From positions 42,100,001-42,164,000 of the forward strand of contig NC_087436.1 of NCBI RefSeq assembly GCF_036321535.1: 64,000 nucleotides of DNA, read 5' to 3'. The notes below the pieces were generated by a model, which saw nothing but the letters and a program-made list of their open reading frames with translations, was not told the DNA's origin and searched no databases. Positions 1-11,689 of this stretch are shown one piece after another. The position numbers and the translations under genes were made by a program. The stretch is from Camelus dromedarius. Its lineage: Eukaryota. Position 1 is the first letter of the stretch. The number at the start of each line of letters is the position of its first letter.

Positions 1-35
1 GAAGAGGGGAGGAAGGGAGCTCTTTGACTTTACAA

Positions 36-154
36 ATGAAAGTCAAGCTGACATCTAATGTGCTAACAGAGCAGCAGCCCTGCATTTCTCACCATGTGCA
101 AGAGGAGAGAAGCTGCACATCATGGCCTGGTGACTACTACAAGATCTCTTTCAG
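36..154 (+). CDS. EFCAB14-like gene, exon 1 (cytosolic N-terminus MKVKLTSNVLTEQQPCISHHVQEERSCTSWPGDYYKISFR)
   Basis: ATG at 36, open frame to donor CAG|GTATAT at 154, ending in phase 2 to match exon 2. The frame is also open back to the window start, so the true start may lie upstream. Confidence 0.65.
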
Positions 155-439
155 GTATATTAACTTATAACATTGATTTTTTTTCTTAAAAACCGTCATT
201 ATTAACCAAATGTATAAAAACAAAGGGATTACACCATCTCAGGGATATATTATAATTTCAAATGATAACTTCATTTTAGGTAAGATATTCAATGTATCGT
301 GCTGTGCCATTTTTCTTGATACATTCTATGTATTTTTTGTAGTTTCACTGGTCACTATAGAGAAGTATAGTTCTCCTCTTGCTAACCATCAGATAAAATA
401 TACCCTAATTAAAACAACTTGTTGTCTCTATCTCGGCAG

Positions 440-624
440 GAAACTCCTCTCAAGAAGTCATAAAACTAAGAAGTTTTCATCCTCTGATCAACTCCAAAGT
501 CTCTCTCAGGCTCTTTTTGTGCTGCTGATACTCATTTCCCAGATATTTTTAAGTTTCTTTGTCCTAAAAATTCACCAGGATGTGAGCACGCTTGAAAAAA
601 AGGGAGCATCAGCACAAATGAAAG
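440..624 (+). CDS. EFCAB14-like gene, exon 2 (basic patch, TM helix ALFVLLILISQIFLSFFVL, start of coiled coil KIHQDVSTLEKK)
   Basis: Acceptor tgtctctatctcggcag| and donor AAG|GTAAAT; 185 nt, phase 2->1; lies in ORF 210..632. The 19-aa hydrophobic stretch follows RSHKTKK and resembles the EFCAB14 TM-then-ALKEDLDALKEK layout. Confidence 0.8.
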
Positions 625-1235
625 GTAAATGAATAATGAATTTCTTGTTTGTTCTAAATCCCATTTCAGTTCTAAGTTAGAAAAGCCTTGGGTAAAAAAC
701 TAGGCTTAGGTAGCTCCACTGATTCTGCTTTAATTTTTTTGAGGCTGTAAATTTTTACAGTTCTTTTCTTTAACAGAAAAACTTTCCAAAATTTTCAACA
801 GTGGCTCAGACACCACCACCATTGTTCCCCTCCCTCAAATTCTATCTGAATAATTTTTTTCTGAGCTCTGTTGAATCATAGAGCTTTCTGCCATATATAC
901 ATATATAATATTACAAGTGTAATGTAATGTCTTAAATGTATTCATGCCTGTCTCCAAATATTCTGTGAACTATCAAAGCCACCCATTCCCAGGGACCAGC
1001 ACAAATTGTGTGAATCCCTTTATAATCTTTAAAATGGCACACACGCACAGAAGTAAAATTAAACTGAAGCTTGTCACCCTTATGTGGGCATTTGGCAAAA
1101 TATCTTTAATAAATAAACATATATATTTTTTCTTATCATAAAACTACCTCAGGCCTGCATGCTTCTTCCACTGGTAACCAGTCCCACTCACCTTCAATAT
1201 TTTTAAGATATTTTTCTGGAAAAATTCCTTCATAC

Positions 1236-1676
1236 CTCTTGAAGCTGTGTTTGCTCTTTAACATAAAAATACGTAATAACTTTTTGAAAGAGTGTTGTTA
1301 TGGCAGAAATAAGATAATACATACATGTGCATAGCGAAATTGCTGGACAACATGGCCATTTCAGTTTTAGACAATTTGGCAAGAGGGATAACAGACTTGT
1401 CATCAGGGAACTGGTGAAAAATTTGCGGTTAAACAAAATGCCAGTAAGACAGTCATTTTGTATTTACTCCAATTTCTAATATAATTATCAATATTTTAAA
1501 AACAAAACAAAAATCAAAATGCTTTGGGCCAGAGAAACTGATGTGAAAATGAATACTTAGACAATAAGCAATCGGGGCTACAAAGGCTTACCTGAGCATT
1601 AGTTTTCCATTCCTCCTCTTGGATACAATTAGATTTACAACTCATCTGAAGCTGCATTCCTTGACAACTTTATAAT
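1236..1676 (-). pseudogene. two candidate distal relic exons (1592-1676, phase 0->1; 1236-1255, phase 1->0)
   Basis: Donors CAG|GTAAGC and GAG|GTATGA with AG acceptors; phases continue the chain; the first contains stops. Confidence 0.35.
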
Positions 1677-2749
1677 CTGAAGAACCCACAGCAGCTGGCT
1701 CGTAACTCCTCCTCTAAGATTATGACTAACTAGTCTACCTGCCACCACCCCAAAAGTCATTCCCTCCCTCACAACCAGATGTCACAAAATATACCTGCTC
1801 AAAGCTTTTCAATGGCTCCAACTGCCTTCTGAGTAAAAACTAAATTTCCTTGCACAGCACTTTGTGATGTAGCTCTGCTTACTTGGCCTCAGGGCCCTGC
1901 CATCCTATTCATGGATTCTCCATGAATGCTGAAAATAAAATCTGTGGCTCCCCAAGCACACCATGGATTTTCCAAAGATACCCTTTCTTTCTGATTCCTC
2001 TCTTCCATGTTTACTACCACTTCTCATTTAGGAATCTGCTCAAATACTGACTCTTTGAAGAACCCCTCCTTGGCCATTCCCCCCTTTCTGTCCAAGAATC
2101 TGCCTTGTGGAAATGGAAGAGTGTTCCCCACGTTCGGCTGTGCTTCTTTACTCTTGCCTTCTTCACCAGACAGTAAGCTCTTGGAAGGTCAGGGTGCTCT
2201 CTTTCTCATGATTTCTCATGTCCCAGTACACGGCTTACTGCCTATCACAATAAGTATCCATCATATTCTGCGTTCATCTATAGCATACGGAGCACTCAGG
2301 AAGGACTGTCCTGAAGGGCAATAAAAAGCACACAAAAGTTCTTCACTAGCCCAAAGACATTAATAGAGAATTGACTTCTAATCTGTTTGAATCTGTATGT
2401 TCTTTAGATACAAGACCTCCAGATGAGATCTTCTAAAATGTAGAGGAAAACTGTAAGCCCTTAAGTCTAAAAAATAATGATACAGAGAGTCACCTAGGGC
2501 TAGTCACTAAGTTTGTGAATGCCAGATGACAGATTTGATGTGCATGAGTGACTAGTCACTTCTTTTTACCCTATCTGCGATAAATAAATTACCACCTCAC
2601 ACTCAGCAAACCCAAATATTGTCAATTATGCTTTTTAAAGTCTCCTTAATAAAGAGTAAACCAATTCAAAGGACCTGATTGATATGAATATATATATACA
2701 GCCAAAGAAAAATGGTAGCATTAATGAAGTTAGGAAAGGCAAGGAAAAC

Positions 2750-2990
2750 AATTGTTGAATGCTGGCAACTTGCCAGGTGTTGTCTAAAATGTCTTACAAG
2801 GTTTGAGGCCCACAACATCCTGTACCCAGTTAGGAAAATACTATCACAATCATTTCACAGATGAAGAACCTGAGGCTTAGTGAGGCTTATCTCTCACCCA
2901 AGGTCATGCAGCTAACAAAAATCAAAAAGCTGAGGTTTGGACCCAGAGAGTCAGATAGCAGTACCTGTGTGATTATCCACTCTGATCGCC
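2750..2990 (-). mobile_element. MIR SINE (similar copies at about 5330-5550, 13570-13830, 16230-16450, 19240-19460, 26100-26330)
   Basis: MIR core cattt.acagatga.gaa.ctgaggcttag...cccaaggtcatgcagcta. Confidence 0.75.
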
Positions 2991-3745
2991 TACCGTGATT
3001 CAGTACTACGCCATTACTACCTGCACTACCTGTGCTTAATAATAATGATAATAAGTTAGGTATCAACCTCTCTCTTCCCCTGAAATTATATAAGAAATAA
3101 TACTCAACACTGTCATCTTTAGGGCTAGACTTCAACACATAATTTTGAACAAGGTAGGTAATTTGGAATGCATGTGAATTTGCAATAAACATGACTGAAT
3201 TTTGAATTGCCGAGATGCCTCTAATAGTTTCAGGAAGACACGCAGCTTGCCACATTCCCTTTCTTCAACCACTGCTGCTTATTCTTCCACTTACATAGCC
3301 TTTCCTTATAATGCAAGCTGTTACAAAAACACACTACACTGCGAAGCCTGAAATATCAGCCAGTTTGAAGAAGAATATCCAGCAGGGCTCCTTTTATGTA
3401 TGTTTGAGAGTTTAATCATGTGCTGCTGGGCAGATGTTTGGCCCGTGAAGGTTACACAGTGGTCTCTTAAAGCAAACTATAAAAGTGCTTGTCCAGGGGA
3501 ACAACCCGACAGGCTGATGACGCTTCCAGCCTGGGCAGTTATTTCCACAAATCTCCATACTGTGGACTTCTTAAACCACATGACCCATTCTTATATCCCT
3601 GGGTCTATGAATTAGAAACAATGTCACTTAGGAAAAATATCTCCTTCAATGTACTTCCTCCTCTGATCTTAGCCACAGGGAAAGCCGTTAGAAGTTCCTG
3701 GCCCTTCAAGGGAATGAAAATTCAAGCAGCTTTCAAGATTTTCAT

Positions 3746-3772
3746 ACACACACACACACACACACACACACA
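3746..3772 (+). repeat. (CA)n microsatellite
   Basis: Seen directly. Confidence 0.95.
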
Positions 3773-5809
3773 AAGTATTTGATTATCTAAACTTGAGGGG
3801 TAATAAAATTTTACTGTATTCAGCTGTTTTGAAACCATTTGTTTCACTCTCTAGTTTTTGGAACTTGCCAAATATTCAATATCCAGAAAACTCTTTTGAC
3901 CTTATAAGTAGGCATGGGAATCATAATATTGACTTCTCCCAGCAAGATGTCCCCCTTGGGAGTGGTGGTGAGTTACCTGATCTGGGTGTACCACCGCAGC
4001 ACTGGACAAACCCTTGAAAAACCAAGGTTGCCAAGATGGGCAGCCCAGCATTAAAGATCATTCTGAGATTGGCATCAGGTTCATTTGTGGTTGCCTGTGA
4101 CTCAGCAGAAATTCAAGATGGACCCCGAGAATAAAGTCGGCTTTGTGGCATTTGTCAACAAAGCTATATTACTGTTTTGATCTAGATGACTCTCTAGATA
4201 AAAGAAAGATGCCTGTAAATCATACAATGGATGTAATTTCAGATGTGGTGAGCAAAAATGGCCCTGAGCAGCAAAGGATACTATGATTCTTTTTTTTTTA
4301 ATTCCCTGGATTATTAGTGTCACATCCCTGCCAATTCCTTCCCCCCATTAATTCTATCAGCTGGGAAAACACCTTTAGCATCGAGAAGGGAAAAAAAAAT
4401 CACACTTAGCCGCAGCAAGGTCCTGCTGAAAGGGACAGTGGTGTTCACTGCAGCAGTTCCTCTCTGTGGGACCTCATGCGACCCTCCAGGCCAGTTTACA
4501 AGATACAATTACTGGGCCTTATACGGTAATGAAAAAATGCATTTACAATGAGAATGTTCATCTTAAAAAAATTCAGAACACTTCCTTTTTTAATGAGAAA
4601 ATACAAGTTTTACTACTATGCTAGTTCCTACCAGCCTTAGTTTTCCCTTATGTTGTATATTTATGACTTTTTTTTTATTAACCTCAGCACTGCCTTGAGA
4701 ATCTGTTCTATTATTCTGTTCTTCCTGAAGTAAAGTATTTAGGTTGACATCAACAAGGACTGTGTACTGAAAGGCACTGACATATTAGATTCAAAAGTCA
4801 GCCGTTGTGACCTCGAGCACTGTTACTATTAGGACAAGCACAAGGCGGTACTTCTGGTCAGATACTGCTATCTGGTTACTTCTGCCCTCATTAATTTATT
4901 TGGAGGCTGGATTTTGGCTTGAAAATGTCCTACTGATTGCACATATATATATATTCAGTTTTTCCTCAAGCAAATAAAATATTCCAAATATATATAAACC
5001 TCTGATGATAACTTTTCAAACTTTGCATACCAAGTAAAATATTGTCTTATGTTGTAGCCTTTGTCTATAAGAGCAGACCATGCTGATGAATGAACTGGTG
5101 GATCTCTTCATTATTCAATCTGTTCTCTGTTGGTATATGCTTTGCTAACAACATACTAAATTTCATTTTCTCAAAGAGCACACATTGCATTTTTTACAAA
5201 TAAGTTCTAATAAAAAGAAGCTTTCATAGATTTTATTTTTTTCAAAGTGTTTTTCTTCTCAGTACTAAAGACTTAAAATTTGTTCATGGTGAAGTAGCAC
5301 TATGTAAATAATATTTGTTTACAAGGACAGGGCATAAAAGAGTGAAAATAAGTTTGCTTTGGATTCAAGCAATCTTAAGCTCCCATCGGCTATGTGACCT
5401 GGGGAAGTCACTCTCTTCTTCTGAATTCATTATCCCCATGTTCTGATAAGGAAATTAATACTAATACCTGCTCTGTAGGGTGGCTAAGAAATTCAAACTA
5501 CTGATTGGAGAGTGTCTACTGTCTGGTGTAGTAAACTCAAAGAAAAAGCAGGATTACTATTTTTAACAATATTGAAATCACTTACTTAGTTCTTTTTTAA
5601 TTTCAATGACTCTTTGTTTTTCCTCTGTGACTTTTTAGCACTTTGAGCTTTGTTTTATCCCTGGTCAGATTATTAATACAGCTTCTGGATGGCCTCTGAA
5701 AGTTACACATATATGACCGTGGCCCTTATTAATTCAGGGCTGTAGAACTATTCTCTCAGTTTTCTTTTTCTCTCTCCAAGTCTTACCATACTCCCTGGTG
5801 ACTTCATTG

Positions 5810-7080
5810 TGAAAAATCAATTCATTCTTTCTTCCTTGCTTTCATTTGTCTTTAAATACATATCTATCATTTTAAACACCTTGCTGGCAATTGAGATATT
5901 ACAAGGAACAAAACAGGCACTTTTTCTGCCTCCAAGGATCTCACAGCCCAATTGTGGAGCCAGCCTTCAATCAAACAATTACTAATACACCAGAAAATAA
6001 TAGTAGAACATAACTTTGCTAAATACCACATAGGAAAGAAGCATGGTCTCTGTGACTAAATAGAAAAGGAATCTGGGAGCCAAAAAAAGCTTTACTGAGT
6101 AAAAATTAAAATTGACATGAGATTTGAAAGACAAGGAAGAGGCAAGTAGGTGACAGGTATCGTTGGCGAAAGAACAGAAGTGAGCAAAGCGGAAGAAAGA
6201 GCAGGAGCCCAGGCCCTGGGGTCGGAGGGGCAGGGCGTGTTCAGGCATCTGAGAGAAGGCTGCAGTGGCTGAATGGGACCCAGGTGGGAAAGGAGGTTGG
6301 TCGGGGAGGTGTGGGGGATGAGACTAAGCTGTGTCCTCAGATATATTAACGATTTTAATCTTTAGCCAGGTAAGCCACTGAATTTTTTTTAAGAAAAGGG
6401 TGGGTGACCTGACTATATTTGCATTTTGAAAGAACTCTCTGAATGCTACTTAGAGCATTGGGGACCTGGGAGCTTTTCAAATCCCATGTACCTACAAAGC
6501 ACCTGCAAATGTTGTTAAATGCAGGTTCTGATCCAGTATGCCCAGGGTGGGGCCCAAGAGCCTGCATTTCTAACAAATTCCCAGATGCGGCAGCTACTGT
6601 GGGTCCACAGACCATGCTTTGTAGCTACGGGTTTTGAGAAAGGAAATATGGATAGAGTAAAACGGGAGGCCAGGGAATCAGTTAGGAAGATGTTCCTTAA
6701 TTCATTTAATCATCCCTACGCATTTAGCATTTACTAAGGAACAGCCCCAGCCCCTCTTCCTGACTGTGGGAACAGGATGGTTAACAAACCAGGCAGGGTC
6801 CCAGTTTGTAAGGGGCTTACATGCGGGTGGATACTGCACTATGTAGGTAAGAGATGACAGAAGCTTAGGCTGGAATAGTGGCAGCCACACAGAGCACAAT
6901 GAGCAGATTGTGGAGATACTTACTTACCTGGCAAAATGGGATAGAGAGACACTGGCTTTTGAAGGATGAGAGACAAGATTTGACAAGGCAGACTTAGGTT
7001 TCAAGCTATCTTCGAGATACCCACATAAAGTACATATTTACTCTGTAGATTTAGAGCTAAAAATAGAGATCAAGGTTCTC
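5810..7080 (-). mobile_element. L2 fragments
   Basis: ttcattc start and purine-rich L2 3' signature; boundaries approximate. Confidence 0.6.
6455..6620. mobile_element. MER5A-like DNA transposon inside an L2
   Basis: gggtggggcccaagagcctgcatttctaacaaattcccagatg...ggtccacagacca motif. Confidence 0.75.
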
Positions 7081-8067
7081 AGTGTGATCATGAGTTAGCT
7101 TTTCCATAGGTTGAACGTATGGTACCTTAAATATATTCATGTGGGGCTGTCAGGTAGCAGCCTCCCTCATCCAGCCACCTGCCCCATTGCTCAGCCCCAT
7201 CCCCCTGGCCTCCTACTTTTCTGAGAAAAATAGGGCCTGTTCCCACACTCACATTCAGCTATAGCCGATCTCACCATCACTTCTTTTCTACAGTGTCTGA
7301 AGTGTGATAGCAACTCTTTAAAGTCACATTCCTTAAATTGATAATTTATGCTCAATGTGTTCATTTTCTCACCCAGCTTTCCTGGTTTACCCACTGCAAA
7401 ATAATTTCTACCTTGGCAACTCTTTGAATCAGTCAGTTCAATCTACAGGTTTAAGTCCTCAACTTGTTTCAACTTCTCTGCTGCAGTATTGTCTACTTCT
7501 GTCTCCTGGAAACTCATTCCTCCGCCTCTCCTACATGTATTGCATACGTTTTCCTTTTATCTCTCAGAGGATTTCTTCCAATCACTTCTCCTGACTGTCG
7601 GTCTTCCAGAAATCTGTTTAATGTTGACATAACCTAAAACTGTGTGCACTCGTTCTTCTCATTGCACACGAACACTTCTCATTAAACACTTAACCCAGTG
7701 ATTCAACTGCCATTGATATGCTTGAAAACTGAACCACTAACCCATTCTTTTCTGAGCTCCAGATCTATATAGCCAAGTGCCCACAGGACATTGCCACTTG
7801 AATGACCGCAGACACCTTAAAGTCAGCATGTCTAAAACTGACCTCACCTTCATTTACTGAAATGTCTCCTACTCTGTTTTACTGTTCTTGGTAAGTATTC
7901 TTGGCAGAAACCTGAGATCCAGTCAAGACTTATTTAACCTTCTCCTTCCTACCCCCAAACCAGAAGATAACCAAAATCTATTCATTCTGCTTCCCCTCCA
8001 CCCTCACCCCCACTACTGCTTTCCTTAGGACCTCTTCAGTCCTTCCAGGGATCACTGAACCAGCCTC

Positions 8068-8122
8068 AACAAAACAAAACAAAACAAAACAAAACAAAAC
8101 AAAACAAAACAAAACAAAAACA
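8068..8122 (+). repeat. (AAAAC)n microsatellite
   Basis: About 10 tandem units seen directly. Confidence 0.95.
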
Positions 8123-9515
8123 ACCTCTGTATGTCTTTGCTCTTTTTTTCTTCTACTTCATCTTCTAACCAGTGTGAATTTCCACTTTGTAGCTTAAATA
8201 TCTTTCCTGGTTCTCTGCTCTCTCTGGGAAAATGGCAGAACAGACCAGCATACTAGTTCTTCATGATGTAGGACTTCTGTATCTTTCTGATTTCTATTTC
8301 TCATGATAATCTTTCTTTTAGTCCAGCAGTACTGAGTTCCTGGCATTTGCCATTGGCCAGGTTATTTCATTGCAATATGCCTCCCAGTGTGGAGCATCAT
8401 GGGATCCTCCTACCTGGAAGGTGCTTCTCTGGTCAGTTTGGAAGAAATATATTCATCTTTTCAGACTCATTTCAAGCATCTGCTCTTTTTTTTTTCTTTT
8501 TTGAGAATCTTTCCTGATCCTGCTTCTCTCTCTTTTGTGTCCATACTGTACACATAACATGTTCCTTTCATGGCAGAGCAATTTATTTGTTTATTTGTTA
8601 ATATGCCTCATTTACTGAACTGTAAATTACTTGAGGATAAGATTTTATCTTTCTTGTAACTCTGAATTTCCCAACCAGACTCTGTAATAACATAACCTTA
8701 GCACACAATCTGATATATACAATAATAATTCAGTTTTCAACCCATGCCTGCAGAGTGCCACATCTTGTCCCATGCCACTGTGAAATCCACTGTCCTAGTC
8801 AGCTCTTCTATTTGCATGGGGTTATTTCTACCGTGGATCTTTTCCTTTACACATCTAGGCAGTATTCCAAAATAATCTCTCTTCACAACAACTTACAACA
8901 GGAAACCCATTCCTCCAAGTCTCCCACAACAAGCTTAGATCTGGCATCGATCTCTCCTTATTCACCATACACCATAGACTGTCATCCTGTCCTGGGAAAC
9001 ACATCCTTGCCCCCTTCCCCGCATCTACTTTGTACACATTAGTTGTAAAATTGAGCCATTTTGGAGGGTGTTAACTCCCCTATACCTGGGACAAGAATAA
9101 CAGAAATCATCTTGGACAGTCTTTTCTGGGTATATCCTAGTTTATTCATTTTCATCATAAAGTGACTATAAATGTATAATTTTTCATGTGTGACCTACAC
9201 ACCATACCAGAAAGCAAAACTTCGATTTGGAAAACTGTCATCTATTGAGCATTTATGAAGTGTCAGGTACTCTTCAAAATGCTTTGCTTGTGAAATGGGA
9301 CAGCATCAAATCAGATAAGTTGGAGACAGAGAGAGAATGAAGGGAATTATTTTATTTTATATTTAACAAAACTGAATTCCCCTATAGATTTTTTTTCTGT
9401 TTGGCAGTAACTAATCTCACTACTTACAGATATGATCACTTATGAATCAAAACAAGCTGACTATTAGGTGAATATTCAGCCTAATTAATGTATTAATCTC
9501 TCAGCCAGTGCTTAC

Positions 9516-9967
9516 CTGTCCCTCTCTGATCTTCTTCCAATTCTCAAAAGTCTTTCCCTCTTACTCCACCTGTTTCCATTTTTTAAATTTTCCTGCTTGA
9601 CTTGTGCCAGGAGCTGGGAGCAGCAAGGACAGAATGGAAGTATGGCTCATGGTTGAGTGCACGTCGGCATAATTGTAGGTAGAATGTCATTTCTTCAGTT
9701 TCATCTGCTCCTCCAGCTGGTACAGGTACCTTGCGGTCTCTCTTGGCATAGATGGCTTCTGAGGTTGGTTTTTTTCGTGCAGCCATGAGAATGACCTTCA
9801 GGTGCCCATATGGTCCCCCTGCAGCTTCCTCACTTGGGTGCTTCTCTAGAGGCAGGGCTGAGGCTTCCCCTTCTCTTGCCCAGTGGGTGACAGACCCCAC
9901 GTCCTCTGCTGGTGTGGTCATTGGGTCTGCTGGGCTCCTAGATGGGTTTAATTCCCCTTCCAGCCCG
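9516..9967 (-). pseudogene. large antisense relic exon (...PQKPSMPRETARYLYQLEEQMKLKK*HSTYNY...GKFKKWKQVE*EGKTFENWKKIREGQ)
   Basis: Acceptor gtttttcttctgaagtgtttcag|, donor CAG|GTAAGC; 452 nt, phase 1->0; GC-richer than flanks; about 6 stops in the phase-consistent frame. Confidence 0.6.
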
Positions 9968-10647
9968 CTGAAACACTTCAGAAGAAAAACTCTAAGAATA
10001 AATTTGTTACTTCTCACAGCCTCATGTAATGTGCCAATTTGATCAGCATGCCTTATTAACTGAAATAAAATTATTCATTCAAAATGTTAAGTATCACTAT
10101 GAAGAGAATAGAGCTCTGAGCCTTCACATTGGATATCTTTCTGTGCTAACAACTCATAAAATTTCCAACCTTTGTGTCTAATTAATCAACTACTCACTAT
10201 TTTACCTAATTACACCAGAAGCCATCCCTCATTCTCATCCACAAAAACGCTATTAAAAGTTATTTTCACTGTCTTGCAGAAAATCAGGTTCTCTGTGTTT
10301 AGAAAATTTCTGGTAAACTTAACAAGCAAGGAAAGGAGGGAAGGAAGAAAGGAGATTAAAAACTAATAAGATACAAAGAAAGGAGGGAGGGAAAGAGGGA
10401 GGGAGGAATGGGGAGGAAGGAAATAAGTAAGAACCAAAAAAAAAAAAAAAAAAAAAACAGAGAGGAAAATTCTCATTATTGATCCTCACTCAGTTCGCTG
10501 TGATGCTCAGTGTAGTCCTCCCTAAGTGTCACAAATCAAGAGCTTATTAGTCCCTTGTGTGAGGTCTTGTTCATGATTAAAAAAAAAAAACTGATAGAAC
10601 TCTTCATCCCAACCAAGATCTTATCTAAGAAAAGCAAAGCCCTGATG

Positions 10648-11542
10648 GGTTTTTTTAAGTTTTTTTTTTAATTGAAGTACAGTCAGGTACAATGTTGTGT
10701 CAGTTTCTGGTATACAGTGTAATAGTTCAGTCATACATATATATACAGATATTCATTTTCATATTCTTTTTCACTATAGGGGACTATAAAATATTGAATA
10801 TAGTTCCCTGTGCTATACAGTATAAACTTGTTATTTATCTATTTTATATATAGTAGTTAGTATCTGCAAATATTTAACTCCTAATTTATCCCTTCATACC
10901 CACCTCCCCTCACCTCCCAGTAATCATAAACTTGTTTTCTATATCTGTGAGTCTGTTTCTGTTTTGTAAATAAGTTCATTTGTCTTTTTTATTTTTTAGA
11001 TGCCACATATAAGTGATATCATATGGTATTTTTCTTTCTCTTTCTGGCTTACTTCACTTAGATTGATGATCTCCAGGTCCATCCATGTTGCTGCGAATGA
11101 CATTATTTTATTCTTTTTTTATGGCTGAGTAGTATTCTATTGTATAAATATACCACAACTTCTTTATCTAGTCATCTATCAATGAACATTTAGTTTGTTT
11201 CCATGTCTTGGCTGTTGTAAATACTGCTGTTAAGAACATTGGGGTGCATGTATCTTTTCAAATTAGCATTCCCTCCAGGTATATGCCCACGAGTGGGATT
11301 GCTGGATGATACAGTAAGTCTATTTTTAGTTTTTTGAGGAATTTCCATAGTTTTCCATAATGGCTGCACCAAACTACAGTCCCACCAGCAGTGTAGGAGG
11401 GCTCCCTTTTCTCCACAGCCTCTCCAGCATTTATTGTTTGTGGACCTTTTAATGATGACCATTCATACAAATGGCCAATAGGCTCATGAAAAAATGCTAA
11501 ATATTGCTAATTATCAGAGAAACACAAATCAAAACTACACTG
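10648..11542 (-). mobile_element. L1 3' end (minus) with an inverted 5' segment at about 11463-11542
   Basis: ORF2 C-terminal peptides (ORFs 11190..11462 and 11258..11470), 3' UTR and poly-T; flanking repeat agccctgatg at 10638 and 11543. Confidence 0.9.
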
Positions 11543-11689
11543 AGCCCTGATGTTTTGATTGGGGTCTCAGGGCAGGTACTTAGCCTCTCCCTGTACCTCA
11601 TCTTCCTCACTGCCCCCCCTCCACTGCCCTCCCTCTTGCACTGTTACCCTTATGATTTCTGGTAAGAGCCCCATGGCATGAAGAACCAT

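Noticed and set aside
94..154. Alternative start MCKRREAAH..., resembling the EFCAB14 N-terminus MKKRKE
   Set aside because: It ends in phase 1, whereas the TM exon needs phase 2; the ATG at 36 fits.
8700..9100. Possible RT continuation of the L3 element
   Set aside because: Similarity is weak by eye and the segment is separated from the main L3 by a relic exon, so it was not merged.
9583..10017. 144-aa minus ORF as a standalone gene
   Set aside because: It lies in a spliced segment whose phase-consistent frame is a different, stop-containing one; no recognisable domain.
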